64,000 bases of DNA from an uncultured beta proteobacterium (GTDB taxonomy: Bacteria; Pseudomonadota; Gammaproteobacteria; Burkholderiales; Burkholderiaceae_C). Numbering within the stretch: position 1 is the first letter of the stretch; each line of letters opens with the position of its first letter. A program made the translations under genes and the position numbers. The stretch is from NCBI GenBank assembly GCA_963798255.1, contig CAWCSM010000007.1, positions 364,274-428,273 of the forward strand. Direction: 5' to 3'. The notes beneath the pieces are model-generated. The model was not told the origin of the DNA. It did no database searches and saw only the letters and a program-made list of their open reading frames with translations. Of this stretch, positions 1 to 9,218 are shown one piece after another.

Positions 1-3000
1 CCAGCACGCGCAGCCGGTGCGTGTCGAACAGCGTCTGGCCTTGGGCCGGCAGCTTGCCGAAGCGGTCGGTGATTTCTTCCAGCAGCGTGTCGATCTGTTC
101 CGCCCGCTCGGCACTGGCCAGGCGCTTGTACAGGTTCAGCCGCGTGTGCACGTCGCCGCAGTACGCGTCGGGCAGCAACGCCGGCGCGTGCAGGTTGATC
201 TCGGTCGTGGCGCCGAAGGGGCTGAGCAGGTCGGGCTCGCGCCCGGCCCGCAGCGATCGGACGGCTTCGGCCAGCATGTCGTTGTAGAGCTGGAAACCCA
301 CCTCCAGCATGTTGCCGCTCTGGTGGTCGCCCAGCACCTCTCCGGCACCGCGGATCTCCAGGTCGTGCATCGCCAGATAGAAGCCCGAGCCCAGCTCTTC
401 CATCGACTGGATGGCATCCAGCCGCAGGGTCGCCGGCTTGCTCAGGCCTTCCAGATCGGGCACCAGCAGGTAGGCATAGGCCTGGTGGTGGCTGCGCCCG
501 ACACGCCCGCGCAGCTGGTGCAGCTGCGCCAGGCCGAACTTGTCGGCACGGCTGATGACGATGGTGTTGGCGGTGGGCACGTCGATGCCGGTTTCGATGA
601 TCGTCGAGCACAGCAGCACGTTGAAACGCTGCGCCACGAAGTCGCGCATCACCCGTTCGAGCTCACGCTCGGGCAGCTGGCCGTGGGCGACGGCGATGCG
701 CGCTTCGGGCACCAGCTCGGCCAGCTTGTGTGCGCGGTTCTGGATCGTCTCGACCTCGTTGTGCAGGAAATAGACCTGCCCGCCGCGCTTCAATTCGCGC
801 AGCAGCGCCTCGCGGATGACGCTCGAGCCTTCGCTGCGCACGAAGGTCTTGATCGCCAGCCGCCGCTGCGGCGCGGTGGCGATCACGCTCAGGTCGCGCA
901 GGCCCTCGAGCGCCATGCCCAGCGTGCGCGGGATCGGCGTGGCGGTGAGCGTGAGCACATCGACTTCGGCGCGCATCGCCTTCATCGCTTCCTTGTGGCG
1001 CACGCCGAAGCGGTGTTCCTCGTCGATGATCAGCAACCCCAGGCGCTTGAACTTCACCGTCTGGCTGAGCAGCTTGTGCGTGCCGACGACGATGTCGATG
1101 CTGCCGTCCTCGATGCCCTGGATGGCCGCGGCCACTTCCTTCGGCGAACGAAAGCGCGACAGCTCGGCCACCTTCACCGGCCACTGGCCGAAGCGGTCGT
1201 TCAGCGTCTGGAAATGCTGCTCGGCGAGCAGCGTGGTCGGCGCCAGCAGCGCCACCTGCTTGCCGCCATGCACGGCGACGAAGGCGGCACGCAGCGCGAC
1301 TTCGGTCTTGCCGAAGCCGACGTCGCCGCACACCAGCCGGTCCATCGGCTTCGGGCTGATCATGTCCTGCACGACGGCGTGGATGGCCGCGCGCTGGTCG
1401 GCGGTTTCCTCGAAGCCGAAACTGGCGGCGAAGGCTTCGTAGTCGTGGGCCGAGAACGGGTGCGACAGGCCTTCGCGCGCGGCGCGGCGTGCGTACAGGT
1501 TGAGCAGTTCGGCGGCGGTGTCGCGCACCTGTTCGGCGGCCTTGCGCCGCGCCTTGTCCCACTGGCCCGAGCCCAGCTTGTGCAGCGGCGCTTCTTCGGC
1601 ACTGACGCCGGTGTAGCGGCTGATCAGGTGCAACTGCGCCACCGGCACATAGAGCGTCGCGTGGTCGGCGTATTCCAGATGCAGGAATTCGCTGGCACCG
1701 CCTTCGCCGGCCCCCAGCTCGATGTGCTTCAGGCCCTGATAGCGGCCGATGCCGTGGTTGGCATGCACCACCGGGTCGCCCACCTTCAGTTCGGACAGGT
1801 CCTTGATCAGCGCATCGACGCTGCTGGTCTGTTCCTGCTTGCGCCGCCGCCGCGCCTGCGGCGTGGTGGCGAACAGTTCGGTCTCGGTGATGAATTCGAT
1901 GGCCTTGCCGCGGCCCGGCCCGAGCCAGGCGAAGCCTTCGGCCAGCGGCGCGGCGGTGATCGCCACCTTTTCATCGCCGGCCTCGAATTCGGCCAGCGTG
2001 GCCACACTCGGCACGTCGATGCGGTGGTCGCGCAACAGATCGAGCAGGGTCGCGCGCCGACCCTCGCTCTCGGCCAGCAACAGCACCCGGTGCGCTGTCG
2101 TGTCGAGGTGCTTTTCCAGTGCCGCCAGCGGCTCGGTGGCGCCGCGCTCGATGCTCACATCGGGCAGTGGCCGCGCCCAGTCGGTCGCGCCACTGCCGCG
2201 CAGTTGCAGCGTGGCATGGGCGTTAGCGAGAACGAAGAATTCCTCGCTGCGCAGGAACAGGTCTTCCGGCGGCAGGATCGGCCGTTCCGGGTCGTGCTGT
2301 AGGAAGCGGTGGCGTTCGCGGGTGTCGGCCCAGAACTGCTGCAGCGCGTCGCTGACTTCGCCGTGCAGCACCAGCGCGGCGTCGTCACCCGCATAGTCGA
2401 AAAAGGTGGCGGTGTGCTCGAAGAACAGCGGCAGGTAGAACTCGATGCCGGCGCTGGCCAGGCCGGTGCCGACGTCCTTGTAGATGCGCGAGCGGCTCGG
2501 GTCGCCTTCGATGCGTTCACGCCAGCGTGAGCGGAAAGCGCTGCGCGCGCCTTCGTCCATCGGGAATTCGCGCCCCGGCAAGAGCCGCACCTCGGGAACG
2601 GGGTAAAGGCTGCGCTGGCTGTCGGGGTCGAAGGTGCGGATCGAATCGATCTCGTCGCCGAACAGGTCCACCCGGTAGGGCATGGCCGAGCCCATCGGGA
2701 ACAGGTCGATCAGCCCGCCGCGCACCGCATATTCGCCGGGCGATACGACCTGGCTGACATGGCTGTAGCCGGCCAGCGTGAGCTGCGCCTTCAGTGCCGC
2801 CTCGTCCAGCTTCATCTTCTGCCGGAAGTGGAAGGTGTAGGCGGCCAGGAAGCTGGGCGGCGCCAGTCGCGCCAACGATGTGGTGGCGGGCAGCAGCACC
2901 ACATCGACGCCGCCGCTGCGCACTTGCCACAAGGTCGCCAGCCGCTCGGAAATCAGGTCCTGGTGCGGCGAGAAGCTGTCGTAGGGCAGCGTCTCCCAAT

Positions 3001-3211
3001 CCGGAAACACGGCCACGCGCAGCGCCGGAGCGAAGAACTGCAGTTCGTCGGCCAGCCGCGCGACATCGGCTGGCTCGGCGCAGACGATGCACAGCAACTG
3101 GCCGGCAGCCGCCAGTGCTTCAGCGTGTGCGGCCAGCTGCAAGGCATCGGCCGAGCCGGGCGGACGCGGCAAGGTGAAGCGTTTTCCGGGGGCGATCGGT
3201 GGCGGTTGCAT
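1..3211 (-). CDS. mfd: Transcription-repair coupling factor Mfd (3' end runs off the window)
   Basis: Manual translation from ATG at 3211: MQPPPIAPGKRFTLPRP...VAVFPDWETLPYDSFSPHQDLISERLATLW. Further in are the CarD-like/RID region and helicase motifs (GDVGFGKTEVA, IIDEEHRFGV, QLHQLRGRVGR). Missing from the ORF track because there is no stop inside the window. Confidence 0.97.
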   Translation of the reverse strand, partial: MQPPPIAPGKRFTLPRPPGSADALQLAAHAEALAAAGQLLCIVCAEPADVARLADELQFFAPALRVAVFPDWETLPYDSFSPHQDLISERLATLWQVRSGGVDVVLLPATTSLARLAPPSFLAAYTFHFRQKMKLDEAALKAQLTLAGYSHVSQVVSPGEYAVRGGLIDLFPMGSAMPYRVDLFGDEIDSIRTFDPDSQRSLYPVPEVRLLPGREFPMDEGARSAFRSRWRERIEGDPSRSRIYKDVGTGLASAGIEFYLPLFFEHTATFFDYAGDDAALVLHGEVSDALQQFWADTRERHRFLQHDPERPILPPEDLFLRSEEFFVLANAHATLQLRGSGATDWARPLPDVSIERGATEPLAALEKHLDTTAHRVLLLAESEGRRATLLDLLRDHRIDVPSVATLAEFEAGDEKVAITAAPLAEGFAWLGPGRGKAIEFITETELFATTPQARRRRKQEQTSSVDALIKDLSELKVGDPVVHANHGIGRYQGLKHIELGAGEGGASEFLHLEYADHATLYVPVAQLHLISRYTGVSAEEAPLHKLGSGQWDKARRKAAEQVRDTAAELLNLYARRAAREGLSHPFSAHDYEAFAASFGFEETADQRAAIHAVVQDMISPKPMDRLVCGDVGFGKTEVALRAAFVAVHGGKQVALLAPTTLLAEQHFQTLNDRFGQWPVKVAELSRFRSPKEVAAAIQGIEDGSIDIVVGTHKLLSQTVKFKRLGLLIIDEEHRFGVRHKEAMKAMRAEVDVLTLTATPIPRTLGMALEGLRDLSVIATAPQRRLAIKTFVRSEGSSVIREALLRELKRGGQVYFLHNEVETIQNRAHKLAELVPEARIAVAHGQLPERELERVMRDFVAQRFNVLLCSTIIETGIDVPTANTIVISRADKFGLAQLHQLRGRVGRSHHQAYAYLLVPDLEGLSKPATLRLDAIQSMEELGSGFYLAMHDLEIRGAGEVLGDHQSGNMLEVGFQLYNDMLAEAVRSLRAGREPDLLSPFGATTEINLHAPALLPDAYCGDVHTRLNLYKRLASAERAEQIDTLLEEITDRFGKLPAQGQTLFDTHRLRVL

Positions 3212-3335
3212 GGGCTCGTTGGGCAAACACAAAACGCCCCGGGGCGCTGGTCCACGGGGCGGAGAGACGATTGTAGGCAGGGTGCCCGGACGCCTTCTGC
3301 CGGTCAGTCGAAGTTGTCGCGCTGCGCCGGACTGA

Positions 3336-3381
3336 TTGACTGATCAGAAATAAGACATATACTTGTACAATTCCTTGTACT
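3336..3381 (+). promoter_or_regulatory. Sigma70-type promoter with TA autoregulatory operator
   Basis: TTGACT (3336-3341)-N16-TATACT (3358-3363), followed directly by TGTACA (3364-3369) and TGTACT (3376-3381) 12 bp apart, then a GGAGG RBS. TGTACA cores at this spacing match the known YefM/Axe-type operator architecture. Confidence 0.75.
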
Positions 3382-3393
3382 GGAGGTCCTGCG

Positions 3394-3667
3394 ATGCACA
3401 AGCCAAACATTCACGAGGTCCGCGAGAACCTGGCCGAGTACCTGGTGGCGGCGCAGCGCGGTGAGGAGGTGTTGATCTGCAGGCGCAATCAACCGGTGGC
3501 GCGTCTGGTGGCGTTGCCGTTGTCCGCGCCGCGTGGCGAACGCCCGATCGGCCGCGCGCCCGATGCCGGCGCTGCGCTGCCCAGCGCATTCTGGGACGAA
3601 TTGCCTCGACGAGTTCACCGAAGCGCTGGCCGGTCGCGGCAGTGTGAGCCCCGCGGAAGTGCTTTGA
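3394..3667 (+). CDS. Phd/YefM-family antitoxin; apparent +1 frameshift at ~3607 fuses it in frame to the downstream toxin (single ORF 3394-4050 as sequenced)
   Basis: MHKPNIHEVRENLAEYLVAAQRGEEVLICRRNQPVARLV is a Phd/YefM N-terminus. The natural-looking tail DEFTEALAGRGSVSPAEVL* lies in the +1 frame (3608-3667), and its TGA overlaps the toxin TTG. Confidence 0.85.
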
Positions 3668-4050
3668 AGCTGTTGCTCGACACCTGCACGTTCCTGTGGG
3701 CGGTGCGTGGCGATGCACAGCTCAGCCGCGTTGCCGTGGCCCTGTTCCGCGACCCGGCCAACGAGGTCTTCCTTTCGGCGGTATCAGCCTGGGAGATCGC
3801 CGTCAAGCACGCCCTGGGCAAGCTGCCGCTGGCCGATGCGCCCGCGTCGTACGTGCCGCGCGAACGCCAGCGCCACGGCATCGACGCCTTGCCATTGGAC
3901 GAAGCGGCCACGCTGATGCTCGACAAGCTGCCGGCCGTGCACAGCGATCCGTTCGATCGGCTGCTCGTGTGTCAGGCGATTGCGCACGGACTGACCTTGC
4001 TCACGCCCGACCCGTCGATCCACCGTTATCCGGTGCCGGTGCAGTGGTGA
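3664..4050 (+). CDS. vapC: PIN-domain (VapC-family) toxin
   Basis: TTG start gives (M)KLLLDTCTFLW...SAVSAWEIAVK...HSDPFDRLLVCQA, with the conserved acidic PIN residues (D, E, D/D) present. Confidence 0.9.
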   Translation: MKLLLDTCTFLWAVRGDAQLSRVAVALFRDPANEVFLSAVSAWEIAVKHALGKLPLADAPASYVPRERQRHGIDALPLDEAATLMLDKLPAVHSDPFDRLLVCQAIAHGLTLLTPDPSIHRYPVPVQW

Positions 4051-4754
4051 AGGGCGACGACACCGCGCCGCGCCTGTTTGCACTGGTGCCGTGCGCCGGA
4101 GTGGGTGAACGTTCCGGCGCTGGCGGGCCCAAGCAATACGCCGATGTGGACGGCTTGCCGATGGTCGCGCACACCTTGCATGCACTGAGCCAGTTGCGGC
4201 CGTTGCATGCCACGCTGGTCGTGCTGGCAGGCGACGACCGCCACTTCGAACGCAGCGTGCCCGGTTTCACCGGCTGGGTCGAACGCTGCGGGGGCGCCAG
4301 CCGCGCCGCAAGCGTCGCCAATGGCCTCGATGCATTGACGCAGCGCGGCGCGCATGCCCACGACTGGGTCCTGGTACACGATGCGGCGCGGTGTCTGCTG
4401 CGCGCCGAATGGGTGCAGCGGCTGATCGACGCCTGCGCCGACGACCCGGTCGGTGGTTTGCTGGCGCTGCCGCTGGCCGACACGCTGAAGTCGGCGCGCG
4501 ACGGGCGGGTGGCCGCCACGCTGGAGCGCAGCGACAAGTGGGCCGCGCAGACGCCGCAGATGTTCCGCCTGGGCCTGTTGCGCGAAGCCCTGAGCGTGGC
4601 CGGGCCGTCGGTGACCGACGAGGCCGGCGCCATCGAAGCGCTCGGCCACGCGCCGCTGCTGGTACGCGGCGAAGCCGAGAATTTCAAGCTCACCTGGCCG
4701 GCGGATTTCGATCTGGCCGCCCGCTTGTTGCGCACCCGCGAGAAAACACGATGA
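4047..4754 (+). CDS. ispD: 2-C-methyl-D-erythritol 4-phosphate cytidylyltransferase
   Basis: [41 protein letters not shown] and [10 protein letters not shown] motifs. The GTG start overlaps the vapC stop (GTGA). Confidence 0.96.
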   Translation: MKGDDTAPRLFALVPCAGVGERSGAGGPKQYADVDGLPMVAHTLHALSQLRPLHATLVVLAGDDRHFERSVPGFTGWVERCGGASRAASVANGLDALTQRGAHAHDWVLVHDAARCLLRAEWVQRLIDACADDPVGGLLALPLADTLKSARDGRVAATLERSDKWAAQTPQMFRLGLLREALSVAGPSVTDEAGAIEALGHAPLLVRGEAENFKLTWPADFDLAARLLRTREKTR

Positions 4755-5233
4755 CCGCATTGCGCATCGGCGAAGGCTGGGATGTTCATGCGCTGGTCGC
4801 CGGCCGGCCGCTGGTGCTGGGCGGAGTGACCATCGCGCACAGCCACGGCCTGCTCGGCCATTCCGATGCCGATGCGCTGGCCCATGCCATCACCGATGCC
4901 CTCTTCGGTGCGGCCGGGCTGGGTGACATCGGTCGACACTTTCCCGACACCGACGCCGCATTCCGCGGGGCCGATTCGATGCAGTTGCTGGCCGAAGCCG
5001 CGGCTCGCGTGCGTGCGCGCGACTACCGCATCGTCAACATCGACAGCACGGTGATCGCCCAGGCGCCGAAACTGGCGCCGCACATCGCCGCGATGTGCGA
5101 GCGCATCGCGCAGGCCACCGGCATCGATATCGCGGCCGTGAATGTCAAGGCCAAGACAGCGGAGAAGATGGGGCCGGTGGGCGAGGGCAGGGCCATCGAG
5201 GCCCGCGCCGTGTGTCTGTTGTCGAAGCCCTGA
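4751..5233 (+). CDS. ispF: 2-C-methyl-D-erythritol 2,4-cyclodiphosphate synthase
   Basis: [26 protein letters not shown] and [11 protein letters not shown] motifs. Confidence 0.97.
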   Translation: MTALRIGEGWDVHALVAGRPLVLGGVTIAHSHGLLGHSDADALAHAITDALFGAAGLGDIGRHFPDTDAAFRGADSMQLLAEAAARVRARDYRIVNIDSTVIAQAPKLAPHIAAMCERIAQATGIDIAAVNVKAKTAEKMGPVGEGRAIEARAVCLLSKP

Positions 5234-5246
5234 AGCGGCGGCCGGC

Positions 5247-6576
5247 TCAAGGCGCCTGCTTGAGCCGGATGTGCACCACCAGCCCGCCATCGGGCGCGTT
5301 CGCCAGCTCCAGCGTGCCGCCCATGCGCAGCAGCGATTTCTCGACGATCGCCAGCCCGAGCCCGGCCCCGGTGGCGGCGGTGCGTGCCGCGTCGCCGCGG
5401 AAGAACGGCGTTGTCAGCTGGCTGAGTTTTTCCTTGGCCACGCCCGGGCCCTTGTCGCGCACGGTGACGACGATCCACGGCCCGGTGCGGGCGTAGCTGA
5501 CGTTGACCACCGCAATGCCGGTGTCGGTGCTGCGACCGTAGCGGCGCGCGTTCTCGAACAGGTTGCCGAAGACCCGGCCGAGCTCGGTGTCGTCGGCCAT
5601 CACACGCAGGTCGATGGCCACGCGCGAAACGATGCGGATCTCGCTCGGGTCGCGAAACGGCGCCGCTTCGCGGTCGATCAGCTGCGACAGCATCACCGGC
5701 TGCAGCAAGGTCTCGCCAGGGCGGGCGTAGTCCATGAACTTGTCGATGATGGCGTCGAGCTGCTCGATGTCCAGCGCCATGTTGGCCTTGGCTTCCTCGT
5801 TGGCCACGCTCATCTCGGTTTCCAGCCGCAAGCGTGCCAGCGGCGTGCGCAGGTCGTGCGAAATGCCGGCCAGCATCACGGCGCGGTCTTCCTCCACCTT
5901 CGCCAGCTCGCGCGCCATGCGGTTGAAACCGCGGTTGACCTCGCGGATCTCGCTCGTCAGCGTATTCTCGTCGAGCCGCGAATCGAGGTCGCCTTCGCGG
6001 ATGCGGCTGGCGGCGAACGACAACTCGCGCAACGGCCGGTTGATGAGCCGCGCGATGATCACCGAGCCGACCAATGTGGCCATCAAGCGCGATGCCCAGC
6101 CAGACGAACCAGGTGCTGTTGGTCATCGGCCCGACTTGCAGGTCCTTGGTGCGCAGCCAGTAGCGGTCGTCCTCGATCGAAAAGCCGACCCACATGCCGC
6201 GCTTGGCGTTGACACTGCTGGCGACCAGCGTGTCGGGGCCGAGCCGGGCGCGCAACTCGTCGCTGACGCTGCGGCTGAAGCGATCCACCTCGTAAGGCTC
6301 CCACCGGTCGCCCGGCTCGCGCGGCAGCACCTGAACCGCATCCTCGCCACTCATGCTCTTGAGCAACGCCAGCCGGTTGATGCCATCGACGTTGAGCAAC
6401 GCGGCGCGCGTCAGGTTGACCAGTTCGGCGGTTTGTTGCGCGGCCTGGAAGGCGCGCGGCGCGAACTCGAGCGCGCGCAGCGTCTGCACCCACGCGAAGA
6501 TGCCGCCGACGAGCAGCATCGCCAGCAGGAAGAACGTGCGCCAGAACAGGCTCAGGCCGACGGTTTGGCGGGGCAC
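5247..6576 (-). CDS. EnvZ/RisS-type membrane sensor histidine kinase, split by a 1-bp frameshift at ~6085 (start codon approximate)
   Basis: The N-terminal TM (SLFWRTFFLL) and periplasmic part are in one frame, the HAMP, H-box (ISHDLRTPL), N-box and G-boxes (DKGPG, GAGLGL) in another. Removing one T from CTTG gives WLGIALMATLVGSV. Confidence 0.88.
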
Positions 6577-6688
6577 GGGAAGGTTCGGGGTCCGAAGTGT
6601 GCTCAGGCCGCGCGGTGCACGGCCCGCGCGATGGGACCGCGATTGTGGCCTCGATGCGGCCGGCAGCGCGAGCCGCCGCCGCGCCGGC

Positions 6689-7423
6689 TCAGTGCGTGCC
6701 GTCCGGGACGAACACGTAGCCCACGCCCCACACCGTCTGGATGTAGCGCGGCTGCGCCGGGTCGGGTTCGAGCATCTTGCGCAGACGCGAGATCTGCACA
6801 TCGAGGCTGCGATCGAAGGGCTCGAATTCGCGGCCACGCGCCAGCTGCGCCAGCTTGTCGCGCGACAGCGGCTGGCGCGGATGGCGCACCAGCGCCTTGA
6901 GCATCGAGAACTCGCCGGTGGTCAGCGAGATCTGCTGGCCTTCCTTGCACAGCCGCCGCAACGACAGGTCGAACTCGAAGGGGCCGAAGGTGACGGTCTG
7001 CGCGTCCTTCGACGGCGCTCCGGGCGCCTCCATCGCCGGGCGGCGACGCAGCACCGCGTGGATGCGGGCCAGAAGTTCGCGCGGGTTGAAGGGCTTGGGC
7101 AGGTAGTCGTCGGCACCCACTTCGAGGCCGACGATGCGATCGACATCCTCGACCTTGGCGGTGAGCATGATGATCGGCGTGGTGTCGTTGGCCGAACGCA
7201 GACGCCGGCAGATCGACAGGCCGTCTTCGCCGGGCAGCATCAGGTCGAGCACGATCAGATCGACGTTCTCGCGCATCAGCAGGCGGGCCAGCGCCTTGCC
7301 GTCCTCGGCCAGCAGCACATCGAAGCCTTCCTGCGTGAGGTAGCGGCGCAACAGGTCGCGAATGCGGGCGTCGTCATCGACAATGGCGATGCGGTTCGGA
7401 CGGGGCGTATTCGTCGGGTTCAT
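6689..7423 (-). CDS. ompR: OmpR/RisA-family response regulator
   Basis: IAIVDDD receiver, VLDLMLPGEDG, GADDYLPKPF and winged-helix RSLDVQISRLRK...IQTVWGVGY. Confidence 0.93.
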   Translation of the reverse strand: MNPTNTPRPNRIAIVDDDARIRDLLRRYLTQEGFDVLLAEDGKALARLLMRENVDLIVLDLMLPGEDGLSICRRLRSANDTTPIIMLTAKVEDVDRIVGLEVGADDYLPKPFNPRELLARIHAVLRRRPAMEAPGAPSKDAQTVTFGPFEFDLSLRRLCKEGQQISLTTGEFSMLKALVRHPRQPLSRDKLAQLARGREFEPFDRSLDVQISRLRKMLEPDPAQPRYIQTVWGVGYVFVPDGTH

Positions 7424-7579
7424 GGACGACTCTCGTATTTGTAACATGGACATTGTGCAAGGCTTTGAGAGGCCGCATGTGTTGGGAAAGACCACCTGTT
7501 ACAGCTCAGTTCACCCCGGTCATCGCCTTTGTGCAGCCGTCGTGATCTATGCCACGACACCACGACAAGGACATCCGGG

Positions 7580-8299
7580 ATGACACTTCGTTTGTTGAGC
7601 GCAGCGGCGCTGCTGACCGCTGTCGTGCTGATGCCCACGCGCAGCGCGGCGCAGAGCCCGCCGCCACAGGACGTGCTGTCGTTGTCGGCATCGGCGAGCA
7701 CCGAGGTCACGCGCGATGTCATGAACCTGGTGCTGTCCACCACGCGTGAAGGCGTCGAGCCCCAAGCCGTGCAGGCCGAGCTGAGCAAGGCGCTGCAAGC
7801 CGCACTGCTCGAAGCGCGCAAGCTGGCCAAACCGGGCCAGGTCGATGTCAGCACCGGCAACTTCTCGCTCTTTCCGCGTTATGCGCAGAATGCGCAGAAG
7901 GGCGGCAAGAACGGCATCAGCGGCTGGCAGGGCACTGCCGAGCTGCGCATCGACGGGACCGATATGCAAGCCATATCGTCGCTGGTGGCGCGCATCGACG
8001 GCCTCAGCGTGGCCCGCGTCGGCTTCAGCCTGTCGCGCGAGGCGCGCGAGCAGGTCGAAGATCAGGTGGCCGCGGAGGCCATCGCACGCTTTCGCAGCCA
8101 CGCCGAGGCCTATGCGCGGCAGTTCGGCTTCACCAGCGTGAGCGTGCGCGAGGTGCAGATCAACAGCAACGACCAGATGCCACCGATGATGATGATGAAG
8201 GACTCACGCGCGATGGCCGCCAGCGCCGAGGCGTTGCCCATCGAAGCCGGCAAGGCCACGGTCACCGCCACGGTGAACGGCAGCGTGCAGATGAAGTGA
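7580..8299 (+). CDS. SIMPL (DUF541) domain periplasmic protein
   Basis: Signal peptide followed by LSLSASASTEV...FSLSREARE...IEAGKATVTATVNGSVQM, typical of SIMPL proteins. Confidence 0.85.
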   Translation: MTLRLLSAAALLTAVVLMPTRSAAQSPPPQDVLSLSASASTEVTRDVMNLVLSTTREGVEPQAVQAELSKALQAALLEARKLAKPGQVDVSTGNFSLFPRYAQNAQKGGKNGISGWQGTAELRIDGTDMQAISSLVARIDGLSVARVGFSLSREAREQVEDQVAAEAIARFRSHAEAYARQFGFTSVSVREVQINSNDQMPPMMMMKDSRAMAASAEALPIEAGKATVTATVNGSVQMK

Positions 8300-8345
8300 G
8301 CGGCGTGTGGGTAGGATCGTCGCATCGAATTGATCGGATGAGGCG

Positions 8346-9218
8346 ATGACCGAGCCGCGAGCGCACGAGGTGGCCTGCCTGCACAACCAGGCGCTGCAGC
8401 GCATGGCGTACTGGGAATGGGGGCATGCCGACAACACCGAGGTGCTGCTGTGCCTGCACGGGCTGACCCGCCAGGGCCGCGACTTCGATGCGCTGGCACG
8501 CGCCTCGGCCGGCCGGTACCGGGTGGTTTGCCCCGATGTCATCGGCCGCGGCCGTTCCGACTGGCTCACCGACCCGATGGGCTACGCCATCCCGCACTAC
8601 GTGGCGCACATGGTCACGCTGTTGGCGCGTCTGAACGCAAGCCATGTCGATGTGGTCGGCACCTCGATGGGCGGGCTGATCGGCCTCGGGCTGGCCGGCC
8701 TGGCGGGCTCCCCGGTGCGCAAGCTGGTGCTCAACGATGTCGGGCCGGTGATCGAAGCGCAGGCCATCCAGCGCATCGGCAGCTATATCGGTCAGCCGGT
8801 GCATTGGCCCAGCGAGGCGGCTGCGGCCGCCGCACTGCGTGCCATCTCGGCCGGCTTCGGGCCGCACACCGATGCGCAGTGGCTTGAGCTGACGCGCCCG
8901 CAGCTGAAGCCGGATGCCGAGCGGGGCGGTTTCGTGCCGCGCTGCGACCCGGCCATCGCGGTTCCGTTCAAGGCCATCACGCCCGAACTGGCGCGCCTGG
9001 GCGAGGCCGCGCTGTGGCACGCTTACGACCAACTGCGTTGTCCGACCCTGTTGCTGCGCGGCGCCGATTCCGACCTGTTGTCACACGACACCGCACTGGC
9101 GATGACACGCCGCGGGCCGCACGCAGCGCTGCACGAATTTGCTGGCGTGGGCCACGCACCGATGCTCGTGCAGGACGATCAGATCGACGTCGTGCGGCGC
9201 TTCCTGTCGTCGTCATGA
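8346..9218 (+). CDS. Alpha/beta-fold hydrolase
   Basis: CLHGLTRQGRDF, DVIGRGRS, nucleophile GTSMGG and C-terminal GHAP. Confidence 0.9.
   Translation: MTEPRAHEVACLHNQALQRMAYWEWGHADNTEVLLCLHGLTRQGRDFDALARASAGRYRVVCPDVIGRGRSDWLTDPMGYAIPHYVAHMVTLLARLNASHVDVVGTSMGGLIGLGLAGLAGSPVRKLVLNDVGPVIEAQAIQRIGSYIGQPVHWPSEAAAAAALRAISAGFGPHTDAQWLELTRPQLKPDAERGGFVPRCDPAIAVPFKAITPELARLGEAALWHAYDQLRCPTLLLRGADSDLLSHDTALAMTRRGPHAALHEFAGVGHAPMLVQDDQIDVVRRFLSSS

Noticed and set aside
17-2302. 761-aa plus-strand ORF, and similar long ORFs such as 9179-11425(-), 39222-41324(-), 56233-59817(+) and 59844-63488(-)
   Set aside because: Antisense shadows of mfd, relA, aceE, glnD/map and purL. High GC3 leaves the opposite strand stop-poor, and the translations have no recognisable motifs.
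5023-6837. 604-aa ORF as a full sensor kinase
   Set aside because: It holds only the kinase N-terminal half; after ~6085 it is out-of-frame read-through caused by the frameshift.
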